Notes under the pieces: model-generated
What the model saw: the letters and a program-made list of their open reading frames with translations, nothing else
The model's database searches: none
What the model was told of the DNA's origin: nothing
NCBI RefSeq assembly: GCF_026571515.1
Contig: NW_026858977.1
Location: forward strand, 186,001-250,000
Direction of reading: 5' to 3'
Source: Ruditapes philippinarum
Lineage: Eukaryota
DNA length: 64,000 nt
In this document: one piece after another, positions 1 to 13,775 of the stretch
How positions within the stretch are numbered: position 1 is the stretch's first letter
Layout: each line of letters starts with the position of its first letter
Translations under genes and position numbers: made by a program

Positions 1-826
1 AAGGCCAGTTTATATATATGAAGAACATAGAAATAAGAGTGAGTGTGGGTTCAATATTGAATTAATTGAGCTGAATAAAATAACATTTTGCGAGCCCTTG
101 ACAAGCATGATATTATTGTACTCAACAAATTCAATAATTTTAGTAATAAACCTACTTGAATATAATATTTTTATCAATGATGTCTTTATCACATTCAGTG
201 TAACACCAATATTTAGCGCTCTAACATGCTATGTTTGTATAATGCAAATAATATCAGGATGCATGCAATAATGATTCAGATTGTTTTTCTTAAATGGTTT
301 TATTACACTTGTGCGGTATTGTTAATACTATTAACAAACAGTTTATTATTCTATCTATCTTACATTACAGCAATCCTGCTCATTTCTTTAAGTAAAACAT
401 TATTACAAATCTTCTGTAAATGATACATTAAATTTAACACACTCAATACAGGAAACTGTGTCTCTTAAATTACAACTTCCTTTTCATTCAACACCTGACC
501 AATTATCGCCGCCTTAATAATTTTACAGATCTATCGTCACCTTTGTGCAATAACTGATTAACTGCTATTTAATTTAGAATGACTTATCCCTTTATTGCAC
601 TAATAAGGCGCAGCATGTTTCAGGTTATATAAATGTGTATATTGTGACAATAATTCTGAGAATATTGCATGAAAACCTTAATATGAATAATGTCTTTAAA
701 GTGGAGATAAAATATAGGACAGATTCTGACAACAACAAAACAGGAAATATAAATCTTGAAGACAATTTACTCATTTTTTTTAATTAATCACACATGACAG
801 TTGTTAGGAAAATATCTAAAACTTAC

Positions 827-3800
827 AAGGTCCTTGACGTAATCTTCAAGAGCCTTCACAGCCTGTTCAACTTCTTCAGGAGGTCCCTCTACCTGGATCT
901 TGTCTTCTCCCTCGGTAAACTCAATATGTACCTGTTATATCAACAACAAAGCTATCAATATTACAATATAATAACATAATCATTGATGCAAGTTTAAAAT
1001 GTCAAAAAAAAACCCCACAAATAACACTGAATTTAGCAATATTTGAAATTGGTTTTTCATAGAAAAAGAGTTTTTTCATAGTATTGAAAATCTTAACTTT
1101 GGGCACATGCCTGAAAACTTTAAACAAACCTATCTATGGGCATATGGTGATGTTCCAGCTTCAATGGTGGAAATTTAATTGTGTACAAAAAGAAATGTTT
1201 ATAGCAAAAACAATTATCAACAAAATCAGACATTTAATTTCTAGCTTCAAGTATTTGACACTTACCTTGGGAAAGTTTCCAGTGATGTTTTTGACAGTTG
1301 CCCCTTTCTTGCCAATGATGTATTTGTGAAGCCAGTCGGCGGCTCGCACCACAGCAAACACAACACTGTTAGCCTACAATAAATACAGCAATATGATTAC
1401 ACAAACTTGTCACAATGAGGTACATTTATATATAATATGAAGTGTAAATGTATACCGATATAAATTAAGCAGTTATTGTATGTTAGAAAATCATTGAATG
1501 AAAATGTAAAAACTTAATTACTTTAAGGTAGTATATTTCACTCAAAATGTGACATTAAGTATATGACAAACATCATACATACCTTAGAGTAAACCATTGT
1601 TAGAGCTGGACCAAGCTTGTCTTGTTCTCCACGTAAAGTGATGGTTTCCGAGGGGTCGTCAAGGGGAGGGACTTCAACTGAAACTCCAGTAGCAGCAAGG
1701 ATTTCCTGTAGACTGTTACCACGTGGACCAATAATATACTTGTGCTGGGATTTCCTCACTTCAACAGATACCGTCTGACACTTGCGTTTCTGTGAAAAAC
1801 ATGAACAAATTCCTTTCAAGTTATATCTAATTATATATCAAATTTATTTTTTACAGAATTTATTTTAGTTTGTGCAGGAAGCCATAGGCTTAAAATAGAC
1901 ACAGGCAAACAGTACAAAACAGTGAGTGTAAAGTTTCTTGCCCAAAAAAACAATGGCTAGCCCCTAACAGGGCAAGCAGTCCTACGATTACAAGTCCAAT
2001 GTGTTAACCATTCACTCAGGCTGCCTCACGCAGCTTTTATGTCAATGTGTTAACCATTCACTCAGGCTGCCTCACACAGCTTTTATGTAAAAGGAAACAA
2101 AGGGCATTATACCTTACCAAATTGACAACGAATGCTTTGCTTTAGCATGAACACAAATAAGAAATTTACTTTATTTGCTACCATTTAGGAACAAAATAAT
2201 AACTCTGGTAACTGACCTTTTCTTCATAGATGGCCATAATTGTGGCCTTACATTTCATCACGCCTTCCTTCTCACCAGACACAACGATCTCATCAGATTG
2301 TACACTAGGTGGTGGTATGTTGATCTTCACTCCGGTCTCATCCATCAGTTGACGTATAGTGGAATTGCTCGGACCACAAACAAATGGGTGGTACACTTTC
2401 TGTACGGACAGCCTCTCGTATGCAAGTTTGGACTGGAAAGTATAAATAACTATCATTACAAAACATTTATCATTGAAATCAACACTGTTATCAAGTCTGC
2501 TAGGTAAATTGATATTCAAATCAACAACAGGTGAGCAATTAAATGTGACACTTTAACTGAATTCCTTTGAGATGTGTGTAACAATTTATATCTAACTCTG
2601 ACACACACACACAAACACATACTTAGCAATGACCTGAGGGTTGTTCTATGAACATTCTATAAAGCACGCTTTGGTAACAAATTATTGTAAATTAGATTTT
2701 TTTAAAAACAAAACTTTTACAGATTTTTAAGCAACATTTGGGAAAAATACGTATTTTGTCAATGAGAATGTAACAATCTACTAGACCTGATCAAAGAATG
2801 AAAACAACACTATTAACGATTTGACAATTTGATCAAAATGGGACTATATCAGTTAATGAATTTAAATTTTTTTTATTTACTAGACCGAATTCCAGTTTTG
2901 AATTTATTCTACTATATATTTAACTAAATTTTCTTAAAATTTTCACTGGTCCGAACTTTTTTTCACTGGCCATGGGCCACCAGGCCAGTGCTAAATTTGA
3001 TGACTGCAATATTTATCAAAAATAAATACCTGAATATCAGAAATGACTTGAATCTCATGCATGGCTTTGTCAATGCCTTCCTTGGTGCCGAAGATTTTAA
3101 TCACATCATTGTTCTCATCAGATCTTGGTATTGTTATTTTGGTAGCTGTCGACAGTTCCAGGTCCTGTAGTTTCTTTCCCTTTGCTCCGAGGATATATCT
3201 ATGGTGCTCTCTTGGAATGCGGATCACGTTGCTTGCCTATAAACAATATAAAGTAACTGTTTTAAAGAATTAACATTTACATAACTATATAAATCCAGAA
3301 ATGTCATAAATTTGTATAAAATACTCTGATAGCAGGCTTAATCTAAAAGGAGACTACTATCTATCATTTTAATTTTACATTATCATCCAAGTTCAACCTA
3401 TGCTAAATATAATCATATTACTTTAATCTATGCCAAGTATGGGAAATACTTTGTAGACTCGAGTTTACACATCAAACCAGTATGACAATCAGTAAAATTC
3501 TGAGAATAAAACAATGATAGATTGATACTACAGGGGAGGACCAATTGCTAATGTTGTATGAATTTAGGCCCCACCACCTATTTGGAAATCAATTTGTTTC
3601 TCTGTATATTTACATGTATATATTAGCAATAAAATATGATTAAACAATGATACAATAAAAATAGAGACTAAAAGTGACTACTCTATAGCTATGTTTTCTA
3701 TTTGCAAGAATACTTCTTGAAAAAAAATTGAACTTATTGACAATATTAAACCTACAATATCTTCATGAACAAGAAATAATATTGATATGCATTTCATAGC

Positions 3801-4923
3801 TAAGCAATAAGTAAGTACCTGGGTCTGAAGTTTGGTCATAACCTCGCGTCTTGCTTTCTTCACTTGCTCTTCCTTACCAGTAACAACCACAGTCAGGGTT
3901 TGATCCTTTGATAAGCTCATCTCAATTGTAACTCCTGAAAAGTCAAAATAAATTGAAAATGTTGCAGGCTTGGTTTTACTGAATCTGCAAGCAACTCTTT
4001 ACACCCGATAGCACTGACTTTAGCAAAACTCAACATGTAAACATAAAATGGAGTTAAAATTTGATTTGCTAACATCCAAAATAGGCTCATATTAAATGCG
4101 CTTTACATGGGACTTCAAAGTGAATGTGGCAATCTTGTACCTTCAAATGATGCACCTTCACAAGAAAAAACTAGTCAGAACTAAAGTAATTAAAATTTTG
4201 ATAGGGGCCAGGTTTCAATATGATGACCAATTACTTACATATCTGATTTGTTCCATGATTTGATTAAAAAGGACAGTATTGAGCTTCCTTCTACCAGGAC
4301 AAACTTGTCCATTAGAATTGCAAGAAAATTATCAAATTGATAGCTTTTAGAGTACCATTGAATGACTAAACTCGGTTCACAATTTATCAAAGAAACAAAC
4401 TCTAAGCTCACCTGTCTTTGCCATTATGTCCTTGCATATTTCAGCCTGTTTTCCTTCATCACCAAAACTGCTTTCTCCAAAGTCATCCTTGAAACGTCGC
4501 TCTTCCAATGGCACTGTAAACACCTGCAAGAAAAAACAAAACAACTCTTAACATATAACAATTTACAATTTGTAACAAATGCAAAATAGCACAAAATAAA
4601 TAACCTACCCAAAACACATCTTTAGTCAGATACCAAAGAGGTTTTTTTTATGATAAATCTGATGAATTGGCCAATGTCATCTATCAAAGTTTAGAAACTT
4701 GTGTCAACATACTTAAAATGAAACAACAACAAATTTTCTAAAAATATTTCAAAATTACATTATAACATACCTGTGTGCATTTTGATGTTTTCACTGTAAA
4801 CTTGTTGCTCCACTGACCGGACACTGGTGTAGTATTGGTCTTATCGGCTATAGGCAGGGCTGGAAAAGCCTCAGTATAATCATAAGCCTCATCCTCCGCT
4901 GATGCTCCAGAAGTAGTTGCCAT
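827..4923 (-). CDS. HDLBP: Vigilin / high-density lipoprotein-binding protein (multi-KH RNA-binding protein), 5' coding exons; gene continues beyond the left edge
   Basis: GT-AG exons read in frame: 4923-4771 (MATTSGASAEDEAYDYTEAFPALP...), 4523-4412 (VFTVPLEERRF...), 3934-3819, 3236-3030 (IPREHHRYILGAKG), 2432-2217 (YHPFVCGP), 1789-1583 (KSQHKYIIGPRG), 1373-1266 (WLHKYIIGKKG), 931-827 (VHIEFTEGEDKIQVEGPPEEV). Successive KH GxxG loops and the N-terminal FPAL motif are typical of vigilin. Confidence 0.93.
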
Positions 4924-6155
4924 TTTTGAACTCGTCGTCAATTTAACAGTTCCGAGTCGAACAGTACGGTCTATATAAAAATATTTTAAAAGTTCATTAA
5001 CTATATATGCAAACAAAAGAAAAAGCTTTTAATATAAATCTTTATTAAACTTTAAATTTTAATCTTAAAACTGAGTACTTTTCAATAACAAACATTTTAT
5101 GTCCAAATCTGGAATATCTTCATTCAGAAAATTTTGTTATTTTTATGAACTGTAAGCCTGATTTTAGATACACAGAATGTGTGCAGTTAGGAACACTTTA
5201 AGTGTTTAACAGCCAAGTTCTAGTATATATCTCTTGATTTGTGCACAATAAGAGTATGTATTATAATATACCAATTGGTGTAGTCCTTGGAAGACTTAAA
5301 TCATGGGTGCAAGTTGAAAATTTGGAAAAACCTGAAAACTGTAATTCATGATCATTTTCCTACATAATCTAATAGTAAAACATGATGAAATTTGTCACAA
5401 AAAACCTGAACTTCAGGCATATGCCTGAAAACTTGCACCCATGTTAAATGAACATAATAACAAGTTGGTGTGTTGCAAATTTGATAATTTTTTGTAACCT
5501 TAAAAAAAATCTTTTTACACTAGTACAAAAGTTTTTAAATTTCCAGTGAAAGAAAACAATTAACACTTAAAGTGGACTTAAAAATATGAGTGGCATCCAG
5601 TCTCTCTCGTCTTTTATTAGTTTATAATAATTAGGAGCTGGTGATCATTGTCAGGTGACATACCAGACAATGGCCAGCACTAACACTATCAATTTATTAG
5701 GTGGCTTTAAAAAAAATAGTATTGATACATTACTGTATTGATAGAAGTTTGAACTTCAAATTATTATAAGACACAGTGCATCAAACTATCAAGTCTGACC
5801 ACCATGGATTATTCCAAAAATCATTATCCAATAATGAATATATATAAATATTGGCAGTATTCAAATCAGTAGAAAATAATATCGAATAATAGACGTATAA
5901 ATTTGACAAATATCCAGAGTTAACTCAGGTGGGTGGGGTGCGAGAATCTGCAAAAAAACATATCGCGTAATACAAATAAATTTAGCAATGAATAAAATCA
6001 AATCATATTCTAACCTTATTCATACATAAAAGTTATAAAAATATAAGTATTTATGAATGTCTATATACATCCAGTGCATTAAAACGACAAAAAATATTGA
6101 GTACAGCAGTCCACGTCAACACGTTTTTGACGTGTCGTTTGACAGTTCAACTTAC

Positions 6156-6350
6156 AGTACTGCGTCCGCAAAAATCCGGCCTAAAGGGTACGTATAGACT
6201 CTGTCGACTCCAATTTGGTACTTCTCTCGTTCTGTAAGAAAAAAAATCAACTGTTAAGACTCAAGAAATCACGTAAATATTGTGAAAATATATAATTGAC
6301 ACAGACGAAACAAGCTAGCCTCACCTCCACAAGAGAAATGTTATTTTACC
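6156..6350 (-). other. Probable non-coding 5' exons of vigilin
   Basis: Donor GAG|GTGAGG at 6324; exon 6231-6156 with a polypyrimidine-CAG acceptor and a GTAAGT donor; acceptor for the first coding exon at 4970; CCAAT-like box near 6403-6408. Confidence 0.55.
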
Positions 6351-6906
6351 GAAACGTGATCAAGTATTCATACGCGATAAATCTTTAAGTTAAGTTCTCC
6401 CTGATTGGACAATATGTACAACGTTGACAAAATTGATAAATATAAACTAATCAAAAGCTGTTTTACATACGAAGAATACACGAACGTATTTTATCATTTA
6501 TTTGATAAAAAATAAATTTATATTTACAGTTGAATATTTCTTTTTATACGTTGATCTATATTGCACAGAGTATTCTTGTTTAAAAGTTATATGTCAGTTA
6601 TTAAACAGAACTACTTTCTCAGGCACTGGAGGTGAAAGGTTAATGGTCATGTGTGCGAAGGCGTAGCCAATTAGTTTCGGAGGCACAATTACACTAATAA
6701 CATTACCCATCCAACTACAACATTTCAGGGTCCTTCATATATTATTTTTTTTATTTTGTACATGTACAATTGCGTTTTTAACGGGATTGTGGAAATGGGC
6801 CTTGAATTTTTCGTCTGTCCACCCGTCTGACACGTGTCAGACTTTCAAGAGACTTTTATGTCCGCTCCATTTTTGTGTCGCCTGCTACTAAGCGGCGACA
6901 TATATA

Positions 6907-9900
6907 CACAGCGTACACTCCATCGTCCACTGTAACTTCCGCTTGCGAGCGAGCTGTACACGGTAAACGCCACCGTAGAGAGAAAAACAGGTACCATATT
7001 TGAATACAGAATAACCAGAGAAGAAATTCTACTTTTGTAAGTAAGAGTTAGATGATATAAACTTTTTTCAGCCTATATCCTGCAGTAAAAATATCTTTTT
7101 CCGTTAACAAATGCGATTTCTCACCACAATTTTCCAAAAATGCCTTTTTTGTTGACATCAAACAACGATTTTAAAGCTTACCATGTAATATACGACCAAA
7201 TCCACTTAATTCTTTGAAGATCTATTATCGTAGCACCAAATAAAAAAGAAATACCCGCTTTGAACACATCGGTTAAGAAAATATTGACAATAGAACTGGC
7301 ACTGGTGTAGTTTACTCATTGTACGGTTGCTTGCTAAATCTGAAAAACAATTCATCCGGTTGCTTGCGAGGTCACTGTACTGTTGCTTGCGAGCATATTG
7401 GCATTATATATCGTCTAGATAGTTTGAAAATTAACTTCTCAGCAATGTTTTAACACTAAAAGTGTATTACTTTATTGAATTATGACTTATTCAAGTTTCA
7501 GCAAGTAATTTTAAATAATTGACGGCATGCCCTGATAACGGTTTAAGTCTGCTTTGAACATTAATTTTCTTTACCCTATGTTAAAATAGTTGCAGAGATG
7601 GTTATAAAAACAAACGCGACACCTTTTTAAAACTTTCAGTTTCTATACAGTTCTAATTCTACAACTACTGCATTTCAGATCATGGATGACTCATTTGTTT
7701 TAAACGGGCTTGACGAAATCTTTCAAGAAAGTGAAGTTGAAACGAAGACCATGCCAGAGTATAAATGTTCAATCTGTGATTATTGCACCGACAAGAAAGG
7801 TAATTTAACGCGACACATATATGTACATGATACGAATGGTAAAAAGAAAGATGACAAAAAGCGGTTTACGTGTGAAATATGTGAGTATAACACTGGGAAG
7901 AAATACAATCTAGAAAGACATATAAAGGATCATGTTGATACAGACGAAAGTGCAAGTAAAACTACATTGATGTGCGATGTATGCGGAATGCAGTTCTTGT
8001 CTAAATTTGGAATGGCCTTGCACACAAAAAATGAGCATTTAAAACAATTCAAATATGAATGCCAGATTTGCAAGAAAGGATTTAATCAGTTGCTTCCATA
8101 TAAGGGACACGTATCATCGAATGTTAAACACACTAAACAGAAATGGGAGAAATGTAACCTGACTTTTCAACATAAAAGCAGTTTAGACCGCCACAAAAAG
8201 ACTATACATGATGACGTCAAATATGATTGCGCCGAATGTGAGCAACACTTCACTAACAAAAGTCACCTCAAAGATCACAAGAAAGTCGTTCACTGTGACC
8301 GAAAGCTTCAATGTGATAAGTGTGTCAAGTTTTATAAATGGAGGCCAGGCCTTAATCATCATAAGAAAACTGCGCACAATTGAAGAATTATTTTGATTTT
8401 CAAAGAGCATATAAAACATATAGCATCTCTTTACCGGCGTATATGTGACTGATTTCAATAAATGTGTTATTTGTTATTATCATCACAATTATTTTAGACT
8501 TTTGAATTTTACACAACAAGAAGTTGTGTTTTAGGCATCTGAACTCACTTAATAAATATTTGGTCATCAATCGTGAAGATTAATAATTACTTATCTTAAA
8601 TAGAAGTTGCATTTTGATATTAAATATACATGTAGGGCTCGGTACACAATATAAATAATTATACATTTGTGACAATTTAAGAATACGACAATGTGAATTT
8701 GAAAAGATAAAACATACCAATCAATGTTACACTTAAATATAGCTTGGTATATAAAAGTCCATCTCTTCATCGTGTATACATGTACAGTAATTGCTATATT
8801 TTTATTTTATTTTATTATTGCTGAGCAGGTACACTCGACATTATTTTAAGACTGTGATCATATCTGATTTCTGTGATTCATTTATTTTTACCATTTTCTA
8901 ATGTCTTTAATAATCCTAAATAATAATAAACTATTTTGATAATATTACCATGACTTTTTTATTTTCAACAAGACTCATTTTGTAGTAATATGTAAAACTT
9001 AAGTTGTAAAATGACACACTGGTTTATCTTTGTCGTAATGTCCATTATCAAAATTTTTACATTCCGTTTGAAATGTCCATATGCCTTAAGATATGAATAG
9101 CTTTCAAGAAAGAAAAACGGTCTACGGTCTAAAACATCTGGTTGAATTGCACATATATGTCTCCATGATTAGTATTAACCTACAAAAAAGAGAAGTTACA
9201 ATAACATTGAATATACGTTTAACATCATGGCATGTAAATATGTTAACTGCAATTAAATTCAATCACTTTAAGTATATAATTATGAGAGTCGCAATTTACC
9301 ATCACAAAGTTTGACATACATTTGTTATTAAACCAACATATTATTTTTTATGGTTTAAATGCATAGTGAATGCCATTATAACCTTTGAAATGGGCCAACT
9401 GTTCAAGAATTGTGTTTTTAATTGTAACAAAACTTGTAGCTTGCTCCCAGGCAACCGTACAGTTTTTTTTCAAGTCCTCATAAGCAACCGTACAGTGAGG
9501 TAGCAAGCAACCGTACAGTGAGGGAATATCAACAGTTGCTAATTTATTGTCAATATCTTCGCAACCAAGACGTTTACAAATAACATTGTTTAATTTTTAG
9601 GTGCTTAGAACATAATTCTCGATAGCATCAAAAAGATTTGTTCAAATATTAGGTTTAAAGCTTTGAAATCTTCGTTTGATGCAAACAATTTTGATTTTTT
9701 TCGGGAAATCTGAGTGAGCAACCGCATTTTGTCTAAAAATATATGTTTAAACATTAGAATATTGATTATGAATAATTTAGTTTATGTCAGTACCACACAT
9801 ATAAGTAAATAAATCCGATGATTTATTTATTTTGAAAAGTTTTACATGTTTTTCAGCCTTGTCCTGCGTTTTACGATGTATATTTCGCTCGCAAGCGGAA

Positions 9901-9930
9901 GTCACTGTGGACGATGGAGTGTACGCTGTG
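6907..9930. mobile_element. Non-autonomous CMC-type (Chapaev/EnSpm-like) DNA transposon with long imperfect inverted arms, carrying a C2H2 zinc-finger gene
   Basis: Both ends read CACAGCGTACACTCCATCGTCCAC.GT.ACTTCCGCTTGCGAGCGA (left 6907, right end 9930). Flanked by TATA/TATA (4-bp or TA TSD). Degenerate inverted similarity extends about 480 bp and includes inverted GCAACCGTACAGT arrays (7320-7392 vs 9451-9522). It interrupts a ...GCGACATATA|GGGATCAC... repeat. Confidence 0.8.
7682..8383 (+). CDS. C2H2 zinc-finger protein (7 fingers, fingers 4 and 5 degenerate), transposon cargo
   Basis: Repeated CxxC-x12-H-x3/4-H units (e.g. YKCSICDYCTDKKGNLTRHIYVH, YDCAECEQHFTNKSHLKDHKKVVH). Acidic N-terminus. 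TTTCAG acceptor 3 nt before the ATG and AATAAA at 8457-8462. Confidence 0.85.
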   Translation: MDDSFVLNGLDEIFQESEVETKTMPEYKCSICDYCTDKKGNLTRHIYVHDTNGKKKDDKKRFTCEICEYNTGKKYNLERHIKDHVDTDESASKTTLMCDVCGMQFLSKFGMALHTKNEHLKQFKYECQICKKGFNQLLPYKGHVSSNVKHTKQKWEKCNLTFQHKSSLDRHKKTIHDDVKYDCAECEQHFTNKSHLKDHKKVVHCDRKLQCDKCVKFYKWRPGLNHHKKTAHN

Positions 9931-10059
9931 TATAGGGATCACTTCTATGTCGTCTGTCTTTCCGTCCGCCTGTCCATCACAAAACTTGTCTTGAATACTC
10001 CTCAGAAACTACTGGTAATGTCATCCTACCTGTACAGGAATGATCAGTACCTTATGATT

Positions 10060-10866
10060 TTTGTGCCCCCACTATAGGGGGTGGCCTTGTCCGTCCACCC
10101 GTCCGTTCGTTCCCTTTTTTGGTCGCACGTAGCTCAAAAAGTAATTGACCTAGAGTCATGAAACCTTACAGAAATGTTGATCAGCATGTGAAGAACTTTG
10201 TGCACCTGGGTATTTTCATGTGGATATAATAGTATTTTTAGAGTTATTGCCATTGAATTAGTAAAAATTTCCAATTTTCAACTTGTGTCGCACGTAACTA
10301 AAAAAGAATTTGACCTAGAGTCATGAAACCTTACAAGAATGTTGCTCAGCATGTGTAGTTGTGCACCTGGGTATTTTCGTGTGGATATATTAGTATTTTT
10401 AGAGTTATTTCCCTTGACATTGTAAAAAATTCCAATTTTCAACTTGTGTCGCACGTAACTAAAAAGTATTTGACCTTGAATCATGAAACCTTACAAGAAT
10501 GTTGCTCAGCATGTGTAGTTGTGCACCTGGGTATTTTCGTGTGGATATCTTTAGTATTTTAGAGTTATTGCCGTTGACTTAGTAAAAATTTACAATATAC
10601 AACTTGTGTTGCACGTACCTCAAAAATTTTATGACCTGTAGGCCTGAAAGTTTACAAGAATGTTGGTCAGCATGTGTACTTATGCCCCTTGGGGTTTTCT
10701 TGTGGATTTATTCAGTATTTGTAGTATTTGCCCTTTACTTAATAAAAGATTTTTAGTTTTTAACCTGGGCACATGTAGCCAAAAAAAAGTTTTTTACCTA
10801 GAGACATAAGATTGACAAATCGGTGGAGTGTGGGGGCAACCGTGCCCTATGGACATATTTCTAGTT
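10060..10866 (+). mobile_element. HINE/Helentron-derived non-autonomous element with an internal ~161-bp tandem (satellite) array
   Basis: 5' TTGTGCCCCC...GGGGG followed by a GTCC microsatellite. About 4.5 units starting GTCGCACGTA at ~10122, 10287, 10448, 10608 and 10768. 3' palindrome followed by ...CATATTTCTAGTT. This layout is typical of bivalve HINE/pearl-like elements. Confidence 0.7.
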
Positions 10867-10917
10867 ATTTTTAAAGTTTGTCCCGATTAGGCATACTTCT
10901 CTTACAGCACTTACATG

Positions 10918-11170
10918 TATGGTGGCTGAGTTGTGCCATTGGTGTTTTCGCCCCGCGACCCCGCCAAGCGAAAAGTCGAGATTTAGTTTTGCATAAACTT
11001 CGCCCCGCGCCCTCGCTAATTAGTACGGTGTTCCGTTTGGACACCGTGATTTTTATTTCGTCTGTAAATACGGTATAAGCGTGTTTTCGCTCTGCGCCCC
11101 CGCCATTTTAACTTGTTAATTTTCGACTTTTCGCTGGCGAAAACACGAATGGCACAAATCAGCCATCATA
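10918..11170. mobile_element. MITE with TAYGG-type terminal inverted repeats (IS3EU-like)
   Basis: TATGGTGGCTGAGTTGTGCCATTGGTGTTTTCGCC pairs with GGCGAAAACACGAATGGCACAAATCAGCCATCATA. The TSD is not clean. Confidence 0.65.
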
Positions 11171-11387
11171 CTTAAAATAAATACAATTTCATTGAAACTT
11201 TACAGGATTGATCAGTAGCTGAAGTTATTGCGCATATTAAACGCGTTTTCCGCTTGAATGATTTTGGCTGAGTTATGGCTCTTGAAAAAAAAGCGTTTTA
11301 GTCTGCTGATGATTTTTGAGTCGTCTGCAACATGCAATTGGCGATCTTCAGGCGACACGTGATCACTAATCTCCTATGTCTGTCTTT

Positions 11388-13321
11388 GGCCCGTATTCAG
11401 AAACGATACTCAATCTCAATCTCGACTAAAACTCACGAAAGGTCGCCTCAAGTAACGCTGGAGTAGACTTACGGTAAGTAACTCACAATGTGCAAAGTGG
11501 TATTCATTTTGTTTACTCAACCTTACCTCTCGTGAGGGAGACTTCAAAAGTTGACCGATCGGTTTTATTGCATAACATCACTCAATATACATTGTAAAAG
11601 TGTAATCATGTCGTTTAAAAGAGTGTATTTTAACGAAGTGGAACAATTTTGTTAAAGAATTAATTATTAAAAATCTTTATTTAAAAGAAAAAAAAAAGAT
11701 TTTAAATAATTATACGTGTGTCCGATAAAACAAAAGCATGCAGAGACATTTAAAGAGTATTTAAAAGTTTTCAAGTAGTAAAATAGCAAAAAATGCCAAA
11801 ATAGCAAAATAATGTTGGAAAACCTAAAAGACAGGACGAAAAAAAAAGCTAAGAAAGTAGTGAAAGGCTTATGACAGGCATTTAGAACTGAAAAAAAAAA
11901 AAAAAAAAAAAAACATTTCAATAGCTTTACATTTATTTTGAAAGTAGCATCCAATTTTTATGTCAATGCAATTTTTGTTTGCAATACACAGTGACGTTTC
12001 CCTTTTTTAATCATCTTATGACATGTTAAAGTCCCATTATGCCTCAGAAATTCTATCACTTTTATTTTCAAAATTTCAACTTTTGCAAAGGGTATAACTT
12101 ATTGCATTATCATTTTGAATTAAAGTCAAAATACTACATTGTTAACATTTTTCTACCATCATAACACATTACTGCACGTTCAGTGCAACTATAAATAGTT
12201 TTTGATTATTTTTTTAAAGAATTAAAATAGAAAGATGCATAACGTGCTTTTAACAAGACTGTTGTTGGTATTTGCAAGATATAATCCTAATCTTTTTAAT
12301 TTCTTGAATCAAAGTCAATGATTTTATACATAAGTCCCCCTTAAAACAACAAAAACAAACAAACAAGACGACCCTGTTTGATTGTGATGCTGGAATACCT
12401 TACGACTGAAGCGGTAATTCATTATCAGCTGTTATTAAAGTTACAAACTGGATCTGAGTAATGAAACACCATACTCGTTTAGTAAAGTGTATTTTACATA
12501 AATCATGCTAAACACATGTTCAAGATATTGTTTTGCTACCTGGATTTTGATTGTTGTTTTTTGAATTAAAATACTCAGACGGACGTCAACGCTCACTTTA
12601 TGCCATTGTTTTTTCTGTCATTTTCTTTTGAAATTTCTTCAAACATATATGGATTGGGAATTCTATGTCAATCCCAAAATTCAAACAGGGTGATATAACT
12701 TGTATCTAACTGTTATACATATGCCTATATTTAGAAGAATACGACAAATTATCCCGACTCATCGATGGTCACATTGACAAACACAGGAACAGTCATTTTC
12801 ATGGATAAAAGGATATTCAAGAAATTTCCAATTTGAAATCATATACATTCATTTCTTTTTGGCATAAGTACTGGTATCCCGCGAGCTGAATACACTCTTG
12901 ATAGTTCATACTAGTTGTATAACACTGGGAACACCCCTTTAAAAAATAAATATTTAGATAAAATTCAACTTATGACATTAATTTAATGGGATCATCTCTA
13001 TTCCTAAGTATCTGTTTTTCAACATTTATTTTCTAAAATACTGTCAGTTCGCGTATTTGATGCACTTAAATGTTTATGGGACAAAATAAATTCAAAATCA
13101 ATACTTAAAACTAAGTGGTATTCAGTATTATTTAATTGAGGACACCTCAAGGTAGCCCCCTCCTAAATTCACAGATTCTCAACTTTCCTGAGTTCACTCG
13201 ACGCTTACTTTATAATCTGAATACCACTTTACAGAAAGGTGAGGACTGTCTTAACCGTTAGGCAATTATATGGGATTTACTCATTGAGTGTGAGTTTAAG
13301 TATCGATTCTGAATACGGGCC
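11388..13321. mobile_element. PIF/Harbinger-like non-autonomous (or decayed) DNA transposon
   Basis: TIR GGCCCGTATTCAGAA(A/T)CGATACT at 11388 and its inverse ending at 13321. GGCCC termini in a T-rich site; TSD imperfect (TTT/TAT). No intact ORF inside. Confidence 0.65.
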
Positions 13322-13775
13322 TATGACTATTTGATGACTTTTCAGAATATACAGTAATAAATCTAAAATTTAATTTCGAATAACGGGCCTTTTCAGGCAA
13401 GTCACACATAGGCCGTAAGCAATCATTATAATAGGCTATTGTATCAGATCTAATTGTAAATCTACGTACCTGAATAAACTTTACACATTCAAAATATTAG
13501 CGGATTTTACGATTCAGTCGGAGACATAATATTATGATAAGAATATTATAGTCTCAAGTAAAAAAAAAAAAAAAAAAAGCAACAAATTATTTTTTATGGA
13601 AGCCCTGGAGGGACATTTTTTGTTATTTGTTATATGTTATTAGTTATTTCTTATTTGTTACGAGTTATTAGTTATTTCTTATTTGTTACGACTTACACAC
13701 GAGTTCCTCGACACTCGGCCATTTTGGCATGGATAGTGAAGACAGTGCACGTGGATTTCATCTTATTGGTGAATG

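Noticed and set aside
6907-6950. ProtoRAG/Transib element suggested by the CACAGCG heptamer
   Set aside because: No 5-bp TSD (ATATA vs TATAG), no recognisable nonamer, and no RAG1-like or RAG2-like coding sequence inside.
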